Position numbers and translations under genes: made by a program
Assembly (NCBI GenBank): GCA_022646745.1
Contig: CP060262.1
Coordinates: 2,010,001-2,042,000 of the forward strand
Direction: 5' to 3'
Length of the DNA stretch: 32,000 nt
Source: Planctomycetales bacterium
Lineage (GTDB): Bacteria > 4484-113 > JAFGCY01
The notes under the pieces: generated by a model
Database searches by the model: none
What the model saw: only the letters and a program-made list of their open reading frames with translations
What the model was told of the DNA's origin: nothing
Part shown: piece after piece, positions 14,572 to 22,451 of the stretch
How the letters are laid out: the number at the start of each line of letters is the position of its first letter
Position numbering within the stretch: position 1 is the first letter of the stretch

Positions 14572-16703
14572 GGAAGTTTGCTCGACGCGCCGCCGTCCAC
14601 TTCGCTTTCAGTTCCGCCCGTGCGCTGGATGTTGACAGCGGGCTTCACTCGCACGCCGCCGCTGCCAATCTCCAGTGGTGAGTCCGAGTGTTGTGCGACT
14701 TGCGCCGCACCTCCTTGTGCGACTTGCGCCGCACCTCCCCGATCAAGCTCCTCCGGGTAGACCGGTGAGAAGGGCCGCAGGCCGCGCTGTTCCGCGATGC
14801 CCTGGCGCGCCACCTCGGCGAAGTACTCCTTCAGTTCCTCCGGCACCACGCGGCTCTCCGGGTCGAACACCGGGGCCGCGCAGCCGATGCCGCAGCTGGT
14901 GCACTCCACATGGCAGGCCGGGTTGGCATCGCCGGAGTGGTAGTACTCCCACTCGCGCCACAGGTAGCGCTTGCCAACGCCGCGCGAGATGTGGTCCCAG
15001 GGGAGGGTGTCCGCATACTGCTTGTCCTCGTGCACCTCGCCCTCGAGGTCGAAGCCCCACTCGCTGCAGATGTCCTTCCAGACCGACAGCTCGAAGTTGT
15101 CAGACAAGAGCGTCTGCCCGCGCCGGAAGGCCTCCTCGATGATGCCGGCCACTTCGCGTCCGCCGCGTGACAGGAGCGTCTCCACCACGCCTTCCTCGGC
15201 GTCGTGGTACTTGAAGATGCACTGCCGGCCGTAGCGCTTCAGGAGGTCCAGCAGGCGCGCCTGCTTCTCGCGCGTGATCGCCGTGCGCTCCATGCCCTGC
15301 CACTGCAGCGGCGTATGCGGCTTCGGGATCAGCACCGAGCACGAGATTGTCAACCGTGGGCGGCGGTGCCCCTTCTCCTTCGCCATATCGAAGATCTTGC
15401 CAACCAGCTCGGCGATCTCATCCATCGCCTGCATCGGCTCGCCGGCGAAGCCCATCATGAAGTACAGCTTGAACTTGTGCCAGCCGGCCTGCATCAGCAG
15501 GTCGAATGTGTACAGCACATCCTCCTCGCTGACACCCTTGCGGATCGCACGCCGCGCGGCATCACTGCCGGCCTCGATGGCGATCGTGAGCGAGGTCTCG
15601 CGCGGGCGGCGCATCATCACGGACAGCTCCGCGCTCATGCGGTCAGCGCGCAGGCTGGGCAGGGCCACGCCGACGTCCTCGGGCAGCGCGGCCTTGACGC
15701 TCTCGACGAGCTGGTAGACCTGCGGGTGGTCCAGTGTTGACAGCGACATCAGCGCGACTTCATCCGCGCCGGTCTTGTTGATCAGCTCGACGGCGGCCTT
15801 CGTCAGGTCCTCCACGGTGCGTGCACGCGCCGGCCGCGTGATGTAGCCGGCCTGGCAGAAGCGGCAACCCTGCGGGCAGCCGCGCATCACCTCTAGGTAG
15901 ACCTTGTCGCTCGGGATCTCGATGAAGCTCTGCACCGGGTTGAGCGGCGGCATGCTCATCGCGAAGTCCTTCGCATAACCGCGCTTGACGCGCAGCGGCA
16001 TGCCATCGCGGCTGGGGCGGGTGCGCAGGTGTTTGCCCGCCTCGTCATATTCACATTCATAGAAGCGCGGCAGGTACACGCCCTCGATGTCGCGCAGGGC
16101 GTACAGGCGCTCCTCGCGCGGCAGGCCCTTCGTGGCCTTCAGGCTGTCGATGATCTCATCGAGGATGCTCTCGCCCTCGCCGTTGACAACCACGTCGAAG
16201 AAGGGCGCGATCGGCTCGGCGTTGCACATGCACTGCCCGCCGGCGATCACGATCGGGTCGTCGTCGCTGCGCTCGAGGCTGCGCAGCGGGATGCCGGCCA
16301 GGTCGAGCACCAGCAGGCCGGAGGGGTAGGCCATCTCGAAGGTGAAGGAGATGCCAATCGCGTCGAACTCACGCAGGCTGCGCTTGTTCTCAAGGCTCCA
16401 CAGGGCGACGCCCTTTTCTCGCATCATCTCCTGCATGTCGGGGCCGGGCACGAAGCTGCGCTCGCAGAGGCAGTCCTCGCGGCCGTTGATGTGCTGGTAG
16501 ATGATCTCCCGGCCGTGGTAGCTCATGCCGAGCTCGTAGAGGTCGGGAAAGACGTAGCAGAAGCGGAAGTCCACCGAGTCCCAGTCCTTGCGGATCTGGC
16601 CGAGCTCCTCGCCGATGTAGCGCGCGGGCTTCTGCACGAGGCGCAGGTCCGGGCGGATCAGGCGCTCGAAGTCGGACGGGGAGTGGTGTGTTGCATTCTG
16701 CAT
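14568..16703 (-). CDS. B12-binding-domain radical SAM protein of a widespread uncharacterised family (TIGR03960-like from memory)
   Basis: It carries a CPQGCRFCQAG (CxxxCxxC) cluster motif. The N-terminus reads VQKPARYIGEELGQIRKDW...FPDLYELGMSYHG...DDPIVIAGGQC..NGEGE, typical of that family. The last ~60 codons (14568 to about 14760) are encoded by repeat DNA and may not be ancestral. Confidence 0.88.
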   Translation of the reverse strand: MQNATHHSPSDFERLIRPDLRLVQKPARYIGEELGQIRKDWDSVDFRFCYVFPDLYELGMSYHGREIIYQHINGREDCLCERSFVPGPDMQEMMREKGVALWSLENKRSLREFDAIGISFTFEMAYPSGLLVLDLAGIPLRSLERSDDDPIVIAGGQCMCNAEPIAPFFDVVVNGEGESILDEIIDSLKATKGLPREERLYALRDIEGVYLPRFYECEYDEAGKHLRTRPSRDGMPLRVKRGYAKDFAMSMPPLNPVQSFIEIPSDKVYLEVMRGCPQGCRFCQAGYITRPARARTVEDLTKAAVELINKTGADEVALMSLSTLDHPQVYQLVESVKAALPEDVGVALPSLRADRMSAELSVMMRRPRETSLTIAIEAGSDAARRAIRKGVSEEDVLYTFDLLMQAGWHKFKLYFMMGFAGEPMQAMDEIAELVGKIFDMAKEKGHRRPRLTISCSVLIPKPHTPLQWQGMERTAITREKQARLLDLLKRYGRQCIFKYHDAEEGVVETLLSRGGREVAGIIEEAFRRGQTLLSDNFELSVWKDICSEWGFDLEGEVHEDKQYADTLPWDHISRGVGKRYLWREWEYYHSGDANPACHVECTSCGIGCAAPVFDPESRVVPEELKEYFAEVARQGIAEQRGLRPFSPVYPEELDRGGAAQVAQGGAAQVAQHSDSPLEIGSGGVRVKPAVNIQRTGGTESEVDGGASSKLP
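14691..14738. repeat. Perfect 24-bp tandem duplication TTGTGCGACTTGCGCCGCACCTCC x2 inside the 3' tail of the radical SAM ORF
   Basis: Read directly. It encodes GGAAQVAQ twice on the minus strand. Confidence 0.85.
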
Positions 16704-16712
16704 GGACTGGAC

Positions 16713-16718
16713 ATTCTA
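16713..16718 (-). promoter_or_regulatory. -10-like TAGAAT 9 nt upstream of the radical SAM ATG
   Basis: The minus strand reads TAGAAT-gtccagtcc-ATG. No SD is present, and the site lies just downstream of the terminator of the preceding gene. Confidence 0.4.
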
Positions 16719-16747
16719 ACGGATGCGCTGCCCATCGCAGAAAACGG

Positions 16748-16782
16748 AAACGGCGGGCAGCATCGCTGCGTACCCGCCGTTT
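16748..16782 (-). terminator. Rho-independent terminator after the small lipoprotein gene
   Basis: A 10-bp stem AAACGGCGGG/CCCGCCGTTT has a 15-nt loop. On the minus strand it is followed by the T-rich TTCCGTTTTCTG. Confidence 0.55.
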
Positions 16783-16803
16783 GGTGTGTCCATTGTCGTG
16801 TTG

Positions 16804-17172
16804 CTAGTCGCTCTCGGTCTGCATGTACGAACGCACGGCGTCGTTGGTGATCTTGATGCTCTGGTTCGTGTTGAAGGTATCCTCGCCGGCGATGCTCTTC
16901 TTGCACATCTCAAGCACTTCCTTGGCGCGGATGTAGGAACCCTTCTTGCCGAAGTCCTCCTCCCACTTGGTGAGCACGCCCTCCAGCTTGTCACAGTTGC
17001 GCTGCTCAATGGCGCCCTTGGTGTTGATGTCGTTCTCGATTGCGGCAAGCGATGACAGAAGCTCGGTCTTGTAGCGGCCGTGCCCGGAGGTGCCGGGGAT
17101 GGAGCAGCCGCTGATGTGGACGCCGAGCAGGAGCACCGCAAGCGCCAGAATGGACATTTTCATGATCTTCAT
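16804..17172 (-). CDS. Small helical lipoprotein, function unknown
   Basis: The likely start is MKIMKMSILALAVLLLGVHISGC (lipobox ISG-C), preceded by the SD AGGAGAGGAAGC. The longer track ORF (to 17253) adds an Arg-rich extension that overlaps the promoter region. Confidence 0.7.
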   Translation of the reverse strand: MKIMKMSILALAVLLLGVHISGCSIPGTSGHGRYKTELLSSLAAIENDINTKGAIEQRNCDKLEGVLTKWEEDFGKKGSYIRAKEVLEMCKKSIAGEDTFNTNQSIKITNDAVRSYMQTESD

Positions 17173-17203
17173 GCTTCCTCTCCTGGGTGGTAAAGACCGC
17201 AAG

Positions 17204-17232
17204 ATTGTAGCGGTTGAAATTGCCCTGCGCAA
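17204..17232 (-). promoter_or_regulatory. Candidate sigma70 promoter TTGCGC-N17-TACAAT for the small lipoprotein gene
   Basis: The hexamers and 17-nt spacer were read from the minus strand. The -10 lies about 32 nt upstream of the ATG. Confidence 0.4.
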
Positions 17233-17254
17233 ACCCCCCGCCGGACTTTGCACC

Positions 17255-17260
17255 TATAAT
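17255..17260 (+). promoter_or_regulatory. -10-like TATAAT 17 nt upstream of the thioesterase ATG
   Basis: TATAAT was read directly. I found no convincing -35 element. Confidence 0.35.
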
Positions 17261-17277
17261 CTGCGGCAGGCCAGGCT

Positions 17278-17769
17278 ATGGAAAGAACAAGGGAAATACG
17301 CAGGGCAGAGCCCCTGGAAACATTTGAAGTGGTCTTCCCGCAGGACCTCAACCCGATGAATACCATGTTCGGCGGTGCTGTCGTGGCACTGATGGACAAG
17401 GCGGCCGGGATCGTGGTCAGCCGCTGGGCGCGCCGCGTGGCGGTCACCGCCAGCATCGACGCGATCCAGTTCCTCACGCCACTGCGCCAGGGGCAGATGA
17501 TCGAGATCCACGCGCAGGTGGCCTACGTCGGCAAGTCGAGCTGCATGGCCCGGGTGCAGGTCTGGGGCAATGACATCGGCTCCGGCGACCGGCACTTCTG
17601 CTGCGAGGGCTTCTTCACGATGGTCAGCATGGACTCGAACTTCCGTCCGGTGGCGCTGCCGATGATCCCGGTGGAGACGGAGGAGGAGAAGCAGCTGTGG
17701 GACTACGCGCGGCATATCAAGCAGGCGATGCTGGAGCGCCGTGAGCAGGCCCGCCAGATGGCCGAGTAA
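17278..17769 (+). CDS. Acyl-CoA thioesterase, hotdog fold (YciA/BFIT-like)
   Basis: The sequence FPQDLNPMNTMFGGAVVALMDKAAGIVVSRWARRVAVTASIDAIQFLTPLRQGQMIEIHAQVAYVGKSS matches the hotdog thioesterase core pattern. Confidence 0.8.
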   Translation: MERTREIRRAEPLETFEVVFPQDLNPMNTMFGGAVVALMDKAAGIVVSRWARRVAVTASIDAIQFLTPLRQGQMIEIHAQVAYVGKSSCMARVQVWGNDIGSGDRHFCCEGFFTMVSMDSNFRPVALPMIPVETEEEKQLWDYARHIKQAMLERREQARQMAE

Positions 17770-17794
17770 CCCGGCCTGCATGGGGTCGTCCCTG

Positions 17795-17800
17795 TATAAT
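17795..17800 (+). promoter_or_regulatory. -10-like TATAAT 10 nt upstream of the operon's first ATG
   Basis: The sequence reads TATAAT-cggagcaggc-ATG. The spacer also contains GGAG, so a short SD-bearing leader is equally possible. Confidence 0.3.
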
Positions 17801-17810
17801 CGGAGCAGGC

Positions 17811-19202
17811 ATGAGCATTGAAGCCAGCAGCACGGGTGCAGCGCCGCAGCCGATGGGTGATACCGCCCCCGGCCGGGTGAGGCCGCGCAGCCGCGGCTAT
17901 GTGATTGGCTCCATCGTGGTGGTCAGCGTCTGCCTGCTGTGCATGCTGCTGTTCGCCTACCTGTTCAACCGCCCGCGGCCAGACAGCGGCACGCGCATCT
18001 GGCTCTTGAACCATACGCCGGACCAGGTGGTGATCTACAACCCGCATGACGGCGTGCCGGAGAAGAAGTTCCAGGTGGCGGATGGCCTGAGGGGCCTGAC
18101 ATTCTCGCGTGACGGCACCAGCGCCTACGTCTTCAACGTGGTGGACGTCGTCAACAAGTTCACGAAGATCGACACCGCGACCTACCTCAAGGAGGAGAGT
18201 GTCGAGGTGGACGGTGTGCCGCAGGGCATCGGCACCTTCCCGGACGACGCTGAAGTGGCGGTGATCACCGGCTCCAAGACCACCGGTGAGGCCGGCGGCT
18301 TCGACGTGCTGAGCATGACCGAGAAGAGTGCCGCCGACCCGGGCAAGCAGAAGCGCCTGTGGCGTGTGCGCGACCTGCAGATCACGCACAAGATCGCGGT
18401 CAGTGACGACGGCGGGCGGATCTACCTGCTGGATGCCAAGAGCGAGTACCTGACGATCTACGACTACCCGAACCAGAAGCAGCTCAGGCAGGTCAGCCTG
18501 CATGGTGCCGCCGAGCAGTTCCTCTACCCGAACACCGGTGACTACTACTACATCTCCGTGCTGCAGCACAATGCGATCTACCAGTTCCGCAAGTCTGACG
18601 ACGAGATCAACGCGGCCTACATCTACAGCTATGCCGACCCCGAGAAGAGCTACCACAACATCAAGCTGCGCTACATGGATGTTGACAGCGAGGGCAAGTA
18701 CCTGTTCGCCACCTGCTACGAGGCCAAGACGGTGGCGGTCTGGGAACTTGGCAACCCGGACTACATGCGCCAGTCCGATGAGGTGCGCCTGCCGGTCGGC
18801 CCGGACCAGAAGGGCTACCTGTGGGAGGGCCTGCCCTATTACATGCCGGCCTACCGCTTCGGCCTGAAGGGCGGCTATGAGGAACGCCTGAGCTACGTTC
18901 CGGGCGGCGAGCGCGTTGCAGTGGACCCGGCCGGCGCCTTCCTGACCATCAATGACGACGAAGGCGCGCTCTACATCTACTACCTGTATGACATCTACAA
19001 GGAAGTCAGCAAGCATGAGCCGATCCCGGACATTGCACCGCGCCTGCAGGACCTGCCGGTGATCGAGCCGCACAAGATCATCACGGACCTCGTGCGCAAG
19101 GGCGGCGGTGACGTGGAGATCCGCGACCTGAAGATCGCCATCCCGCGCGTGCGCAACCGCAGGGATGCCGCGGCCGCGGAGCAGGACGGTGTGATCGAGT
19201 AA
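17811..19202 (+). CDS. Membrane-anchored YVTN-type beta-propeller protein
   Basis: It has an N-terminal TM anchor (YVIGSIVVVSVCLLCMLLFAYLF). Repeated blade-like segments include DGTSAYVFN, DDGGRIYLLDAKSEYLTIYD, SEGKYLFATCYEAKTVAVWE and PAGAFLTINDDEGALYIY. Confidence 0.75.
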   Translation: MSIEASSTGAAPQPMGDTAPGRVRPRSRGYVIGSIVVVSVCLLCMLLFAYLFNRPRPDSGTRIWLLNHTPDQVVIYNPHDGVPEKKFQVADGLRGLTFSRDGTSAYVFNVVDVVNKFTKIDTATYLKEESVEVDGVPQGIGTFPDDAEVAVITGSKTTGEAGGFDVLSMTEKSAADPGKQKRLWRVRDLQITHKIAVSDDGGRIYLLDAKSEYLTIYDYPNQKQLRQVSLHGAAEQFLYPNTGDYYYISVLQHNAIYQFRKSDDEINAAYIYSYADPEKSYHNIKLRYMDVDSEGKYLFATCYEAKTVAVWELGNPDYMRQSDEVRLPVGPDQKGYLWEGLPYYMPAYRFGLKGGYEERLSYVPGGERVAVDPAGAFLTINDDEGALYIYYLYDIYKEVSKHEPIPDIAPRLQDLPVIEPHKIITDLVRKGGGDVEIRDLKIAIPRVRNRRDAAAAEQDGVIE

Positions 19203-19636
19203 TGGACTCGCTGCAGGTCACCGTGTATGAGGGGCGCATCCCGGCGATGATCCTGCTCGCGGTCTACCTGGCGGCGGTGGTTGTGCTGTTCCCGCGCGAG
19301 ATGAAGTTCCTGCGCGAGGTGCAGAATGCGACCACCCGGCGCATCTTCATCGTGCAGGACATCTTCATCCAGGTCTGCATCCTCGGCGTGCTCGTGCCCG
19401 CGATCCTGATGAAGGGCGTCAATGAGCAGAATGACAAGCTGCTCGGCCTGCTCCTGATCCTGTCGATGACCGGGCTGTGGCTGTGCGTGATCTGGGCCGG
19501 CTGGTCGCGCTACATCTATACCTGTCGTATACTCAGTGAAGGCAGCAAGCGCAGTGCTGAAGAGCTCAGGCGCATCCAGGAGCTGCTCCGACAGAAGGGA
19601 ATAGATACGGACGAGATAAAGGATGTGGATGCCTGA
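19202..19636 (+). CDS. Small integral membrane protein (about 3 TM helices), function unknown
   Basis: Its ATG overlaps the upstream TAA (TAATG). It has hydrophobic segments and a charged C-terminal tail. Confidence 0.7.
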   Translation: MDSLQVTVYEGRIPAMILLAVYLAAVVVLFPREMKFLREVQNATTRRIFIVQDIFIQVCILGVLVPAILMKGVNEQNDKLLGLLLILSMTGLWLCVIWAGWSRYIYTCRILSEGSKRSAEELRRIQELLRQKGIDTDEIKDVDA

Positions 19637-20159
19637 ACTTACGAATCTATGTCTGGGCCTGATGCAGGTGGAGCCCAGTGGCGCAACCGCCGGTGCCGTC
19701 AAGATGTTCGTCGTCGTGGGGATCTTCCTCGCGCTCGTGATCACGGCGCTGTACTTCACCATCAAGGCGATCCGCCCGAAGACCGACAACAGCACCACGA
19801 TGCAGGTGCGTGAGGAATTCAACAAGCAGAAGGATGCGCTGCTGATGGCCGCGCAGGCCAAGAAGGCCAGCCGCGAAGCCCAGGAGAGCGCGCGCCGCGA
19901 GGGCGACAAGGACGAGAAGGAAAAGGAACTGCTGCGTGAGCAGGTCGATCCGCAGGCGGCGGTCGGGCGCTCCTGCCCGCTGTGCGGCCTCGAGATCATG
20001 GGCGACAGCGAGATCATCATCGACCCCTACAGCGGCACGGCCTACCACTTCAGCGCCTTCCTGCATGACTGGCCGCCGGATACCGAGCGGCCGAAGTTCG
20101 TGCTGCGCTGGCCACAGGATAAAATGGTGCGCAGTGAGGACCTGCTGAAGGGTTTCTGA
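19623..20159 (+). CDS. Single-pass membrane protein with a charged coiled-coil linker and a CPLCG zinc-ribbon-like C-terminal domain
   Basis: It overlaps the upstream gene by 14 nt. The start could instead be 19629, where AAGGA lies 6 nt upstream, or 19704. The TM helix is MFVVVGIFLALVITALYF, followed by a KEKE-rich linker and then SCPLCGLEIMGDSEIIIDPYSG. Confidence 0.65.
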   Translation: MWMPELTNLCLGLMQVEPSGATAGAVKMFVVVGIFLALVITALYFTIKAIRPKTDNSTTMQVREEFNKQKDALLMAAQAKKASREAQESARREGDKDEKEKELLREQVDPQAAVGRSCPLCGLEIMGDSEIIIDPYSGTAYHFSAFLHDWPPDTERPKFVLRWPQDKMVRSEDLLKGF

Positions 20160-20201
20160 AACCACTGGACGGCAGGCTACGTCACAAGAGACGAGGAAGC
20201 A

Positions 20202-20600
20202 ATGGGAAGAACGGCGGCAATCATCATCGCTCTGGTCAGCAGCATCCTGCTGGCAGCTCCCGCGCTGGCCTGCAGTGACTGCAGCAGCCCGCAGGACACG
20301 GCCAGGTGCTGCTCGAAGCGCATCTTCGAGATCTCCAAGATCCTCAAGCACCACATGCAGTGCGAGTTCCCGGATCACCGCTGCGCCTTCCCGCTGGACT
20401 GGGACCGCACGATCTGCCTTGACCCGGTCTGCCACGAGAACCCGCAGTACTGCGACATCGACCGTGAGATCTGCCTGGAGCCCCCCTGCCACATGCCGGC
20501 ACTGGCCCTGCGTCCGGTGGAATGCTGCCTGTGCGGCATTGAGCTGACCGGCACGAAGGACCTGATCGTGATCTGCGACGCCTGCCGCAGCCACGACTGA
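20202..20600 (+). CDS. Cysteine-rich small lipoprotein/secreted protein
   Basis: The signal peptide with lipobox is IIIALVSSILLAAPALAC, and an SD-like GAGGAAGCA precedes the ATG. About 18 Cys occur in 132 aa. There is an internal repeat DRTICLDPVCH / DREICLEPPCH, and the C-terminus reads CCLCGIELTG...ICDAC. Confidence 0.7.
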   Translation: MGRTAAIIIALVSSILLAAPALACSDCSSPQDTARCCSKRIFEISKILKHHMQCEFPDHRCAFPLDWDRTICLDPVCHENPQYCDIDREICLEPPCHMPALALRPVECCLCGIELTGTKDLIVICDACRSHD

Positions 20601-20633
20601 ATCCGGTTCTCCGATACCCAGCCAGCGCGAGCG

Positions 20634-21536
20634 CTACGTCCCGAGGAATGACTTTGTGCGCCTTTCTCGCGCCGGGTCGCTCTGGCCCGACATGATCTGC
20701 TGGGACTTCTGCTCAAGCAGTTCCTCAAGTTCATTGTCAACGAGTCCCAGTTCGACGCATTTCGGCCAGAAGTTCCTGCGAAACTCAGAGAGCTGTGGCC
20801 TGATCTCAAGCAGGATGAGCGATTCGTATACATCGCGTCGTGTGGCCTTACCGGACAGCAGCTGGTACATCAGGTTGACCCGTTGCCATCTTGCCTGGCC
20901 AAGCAGGCTGGGAGGATTTATCAAGAAGACCTCGAATGCGCGCTCGAGAACCTCTAGTTCATTATTGCGGAATGCCCAGAGCGCAACCTCCTGCCAGGCC
21001 CTGATTGAAAGCTTGTCGGGCAGTGGTGCCAGCAACTCTTCAAGTTCCGCCTTGCTTGGCTGCTCATATGCCTTGTCGCTGCAGATGCAGCGGATTGCCA
21101 CGAGATGCAGGCGTCTGGCATATTCAGCGATGCTGCTTTGGCTCGGGATGCTTAACCGGTCAATCAGCTCCTCATATTGCCGCTGGGTGAATCCACCTCG
21201 CACGTCATGCCAATAGACCCGGCAATATGCCAGCTCAAGTGGATAAACCAGTGCTGCACGCAGGTTTGAAGACAGCCTGCCGCTGGCAATTTCAGTTCGG
21301 GCTGCGTCCAGCAGATGCTCAGCCTCCCCGAAGCTATGGTTGAAAACCGCCTTGGTGACTGGCCTGATCCATTTTTCCTGCCAGGCTTCATATACTGCGA
21401 AGTCCTGTTCGAACTGGCTGTCCAGCAACATTGCGTTCTGTGCCATGCCTACAAGATGAACCTGCACCCGCCTGAAGTTGCAACAGCAATTGAAGGTGCC
21501 TGAATTTAACTGATTGTCTGCAAATCTTTCAATCAT
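20634..21536 (-). CDS. Hypothetical all-helical cytoplasmic protein
   Basis: This 300-aa ORF is the only long one at this locus. It contains no motif I recognise. Sampled lines give about 50-55% G+C, lower than the core. Confidence 0.6.
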   Translation of the reverse strand: MIERFADNQLNSGTFNCCCNFRRVQVHLVGMAQNAMLLDSQFEQDFAVYEAWQEKWIRPVTKAVFNHSFGEAEHLLDAARTEIASGRLSSNLRAALVYPLELAYCRVYWHDVRGGFTQRQYEELIDRLSIPSQSSIAEYARRLHLVAIRCICSDKAYEQPSKAELEELLAPLPDKLSIRAWQEVALWAFRNNELEVLERAFEVFLINPPSLLGQARWQRVNLMYQLLSGKATRRDVYESLILLEIRPQLSEFRRNFWPKCVELGLVDNELEELLEQKSQQIMSGQSDPARERRTKSFLGT

Positions 21537-21668
21537 GCTGTCTTAAAGTGACTGGCCCGAAAGACTGCTGGTTGTCCCGCGGCATGTTTGCCCGCATATG
21601 CCGCCGAAACCTAATGTCATTGAAATCCGTAGTACCGCTGTTCCTCAAGCGCGGGAACAGGACAGCGC

Positions 21669-22451
21669 ATGAACCGCAATCTACTGCTGATCGCTAGCAT
21701 CACCTCGGTGTTCGTCATCGCCTTCGCCCTGACCACTTTCCTGCATGAGATCGCGCATGCCCTGGTCGCTGTCGCCTGCAATGTGGCCTGCACCCTCTAC
21801 CACACTTCAGTCAATTACAAGGATCCGGATGTGCCGGATGCGAGCCGGATAGCGATTGCCGCCGCCGGACCCTTGTTCTCCCTTCTGCAGGGCATGCTTG
21901 GCCTGCTGCTGGCAAGGCGTTTGTCCCCCGGAATGGCCCGGCTGTTCTGGCTGTACTGCGGCAGTATGGGCATGATGGTCTTCCTGGGCTACATCGCAAT
22001 CGGACCATTCGTGCCATACGGCGACTCTGGCCAGATCATCCGCATCCTCTCTCTCGGCCAGTCGCTGACAATCCCTCTCGCAGTGCTTGCCATGTTCGGA
22101 CTGGCATGGACCTTCCGCTCCATCACAAGGCCGCTGCGTGATGACCTGCTCCACATCCGGCAGGGAATGTCCGAACCGCGGCCATCGATTGCCATCCTGG
22201 CCCTGCTTCCGCTGCTGGTCGGGGGAGTCCTCAACGTGGCCCTCAGCCTGCCGGCTCCGACCTTCCTCAGCCTGGTGCTGCCAGTCAGTGTCTCGCTGGC
22301 AATGCTGCCGGCGGCAATCCGCATCGCGCTCAAGGCCAGGCCGGAGGATGCACCGGAAATGGGAATCGGAAGTGTCACCTGGATGCCAGTGATTGCCATG
22401 TTGCTGCTGCTGGCACTGTCACGTGTGTTGGCAATCGGAATCAGTCTGTAG
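21669..22451 (+). CDS. Polytopic membrane zinc metalloprotease-like protein (M50/site-2-protease-like, HExxH in TM1)
   Basis: TM1 reads FLHEIAHALVA, and IAIAAAGPLFSLLQG resembles the AGPxxN segment of M50-type proteases. It has at least 6 hydrophobic helices. I did not see the canonical NxxPxxxLDG motif. Confidence 0.65.
   Translation: MNRNLLLIASITSVFVIAFALTTFLHEIAHALVAVACNVACTLYHTSVNYKDPDVPDASRIAIAAAGPLFSLLQGMLGLLLARRLSPGMARLFWLYCGSMGMMVFLGYIAIGPFVPYGDSGQIIRILSLGQSLTIPLAVLAMFGLAWTFRSITRPLRDDLLHIRQGMSEPRPSIAILALLPLLVGGVLNVALSLPAPTFLSLVLPVSVSLAMLPAAIRIALKARPEDAPEMGIGSVTWMPVIAMLLLLALSRVLAIGISL

Noticed and set aside
17703-20594. Long minus-strand ORFs (456, 341 and 315 aa) across the 17811-20600 operon
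   Set aside because: They are antisense to frames with TM anchors, propeller repeats and coupled starts, and they have shadow-ORF composition.
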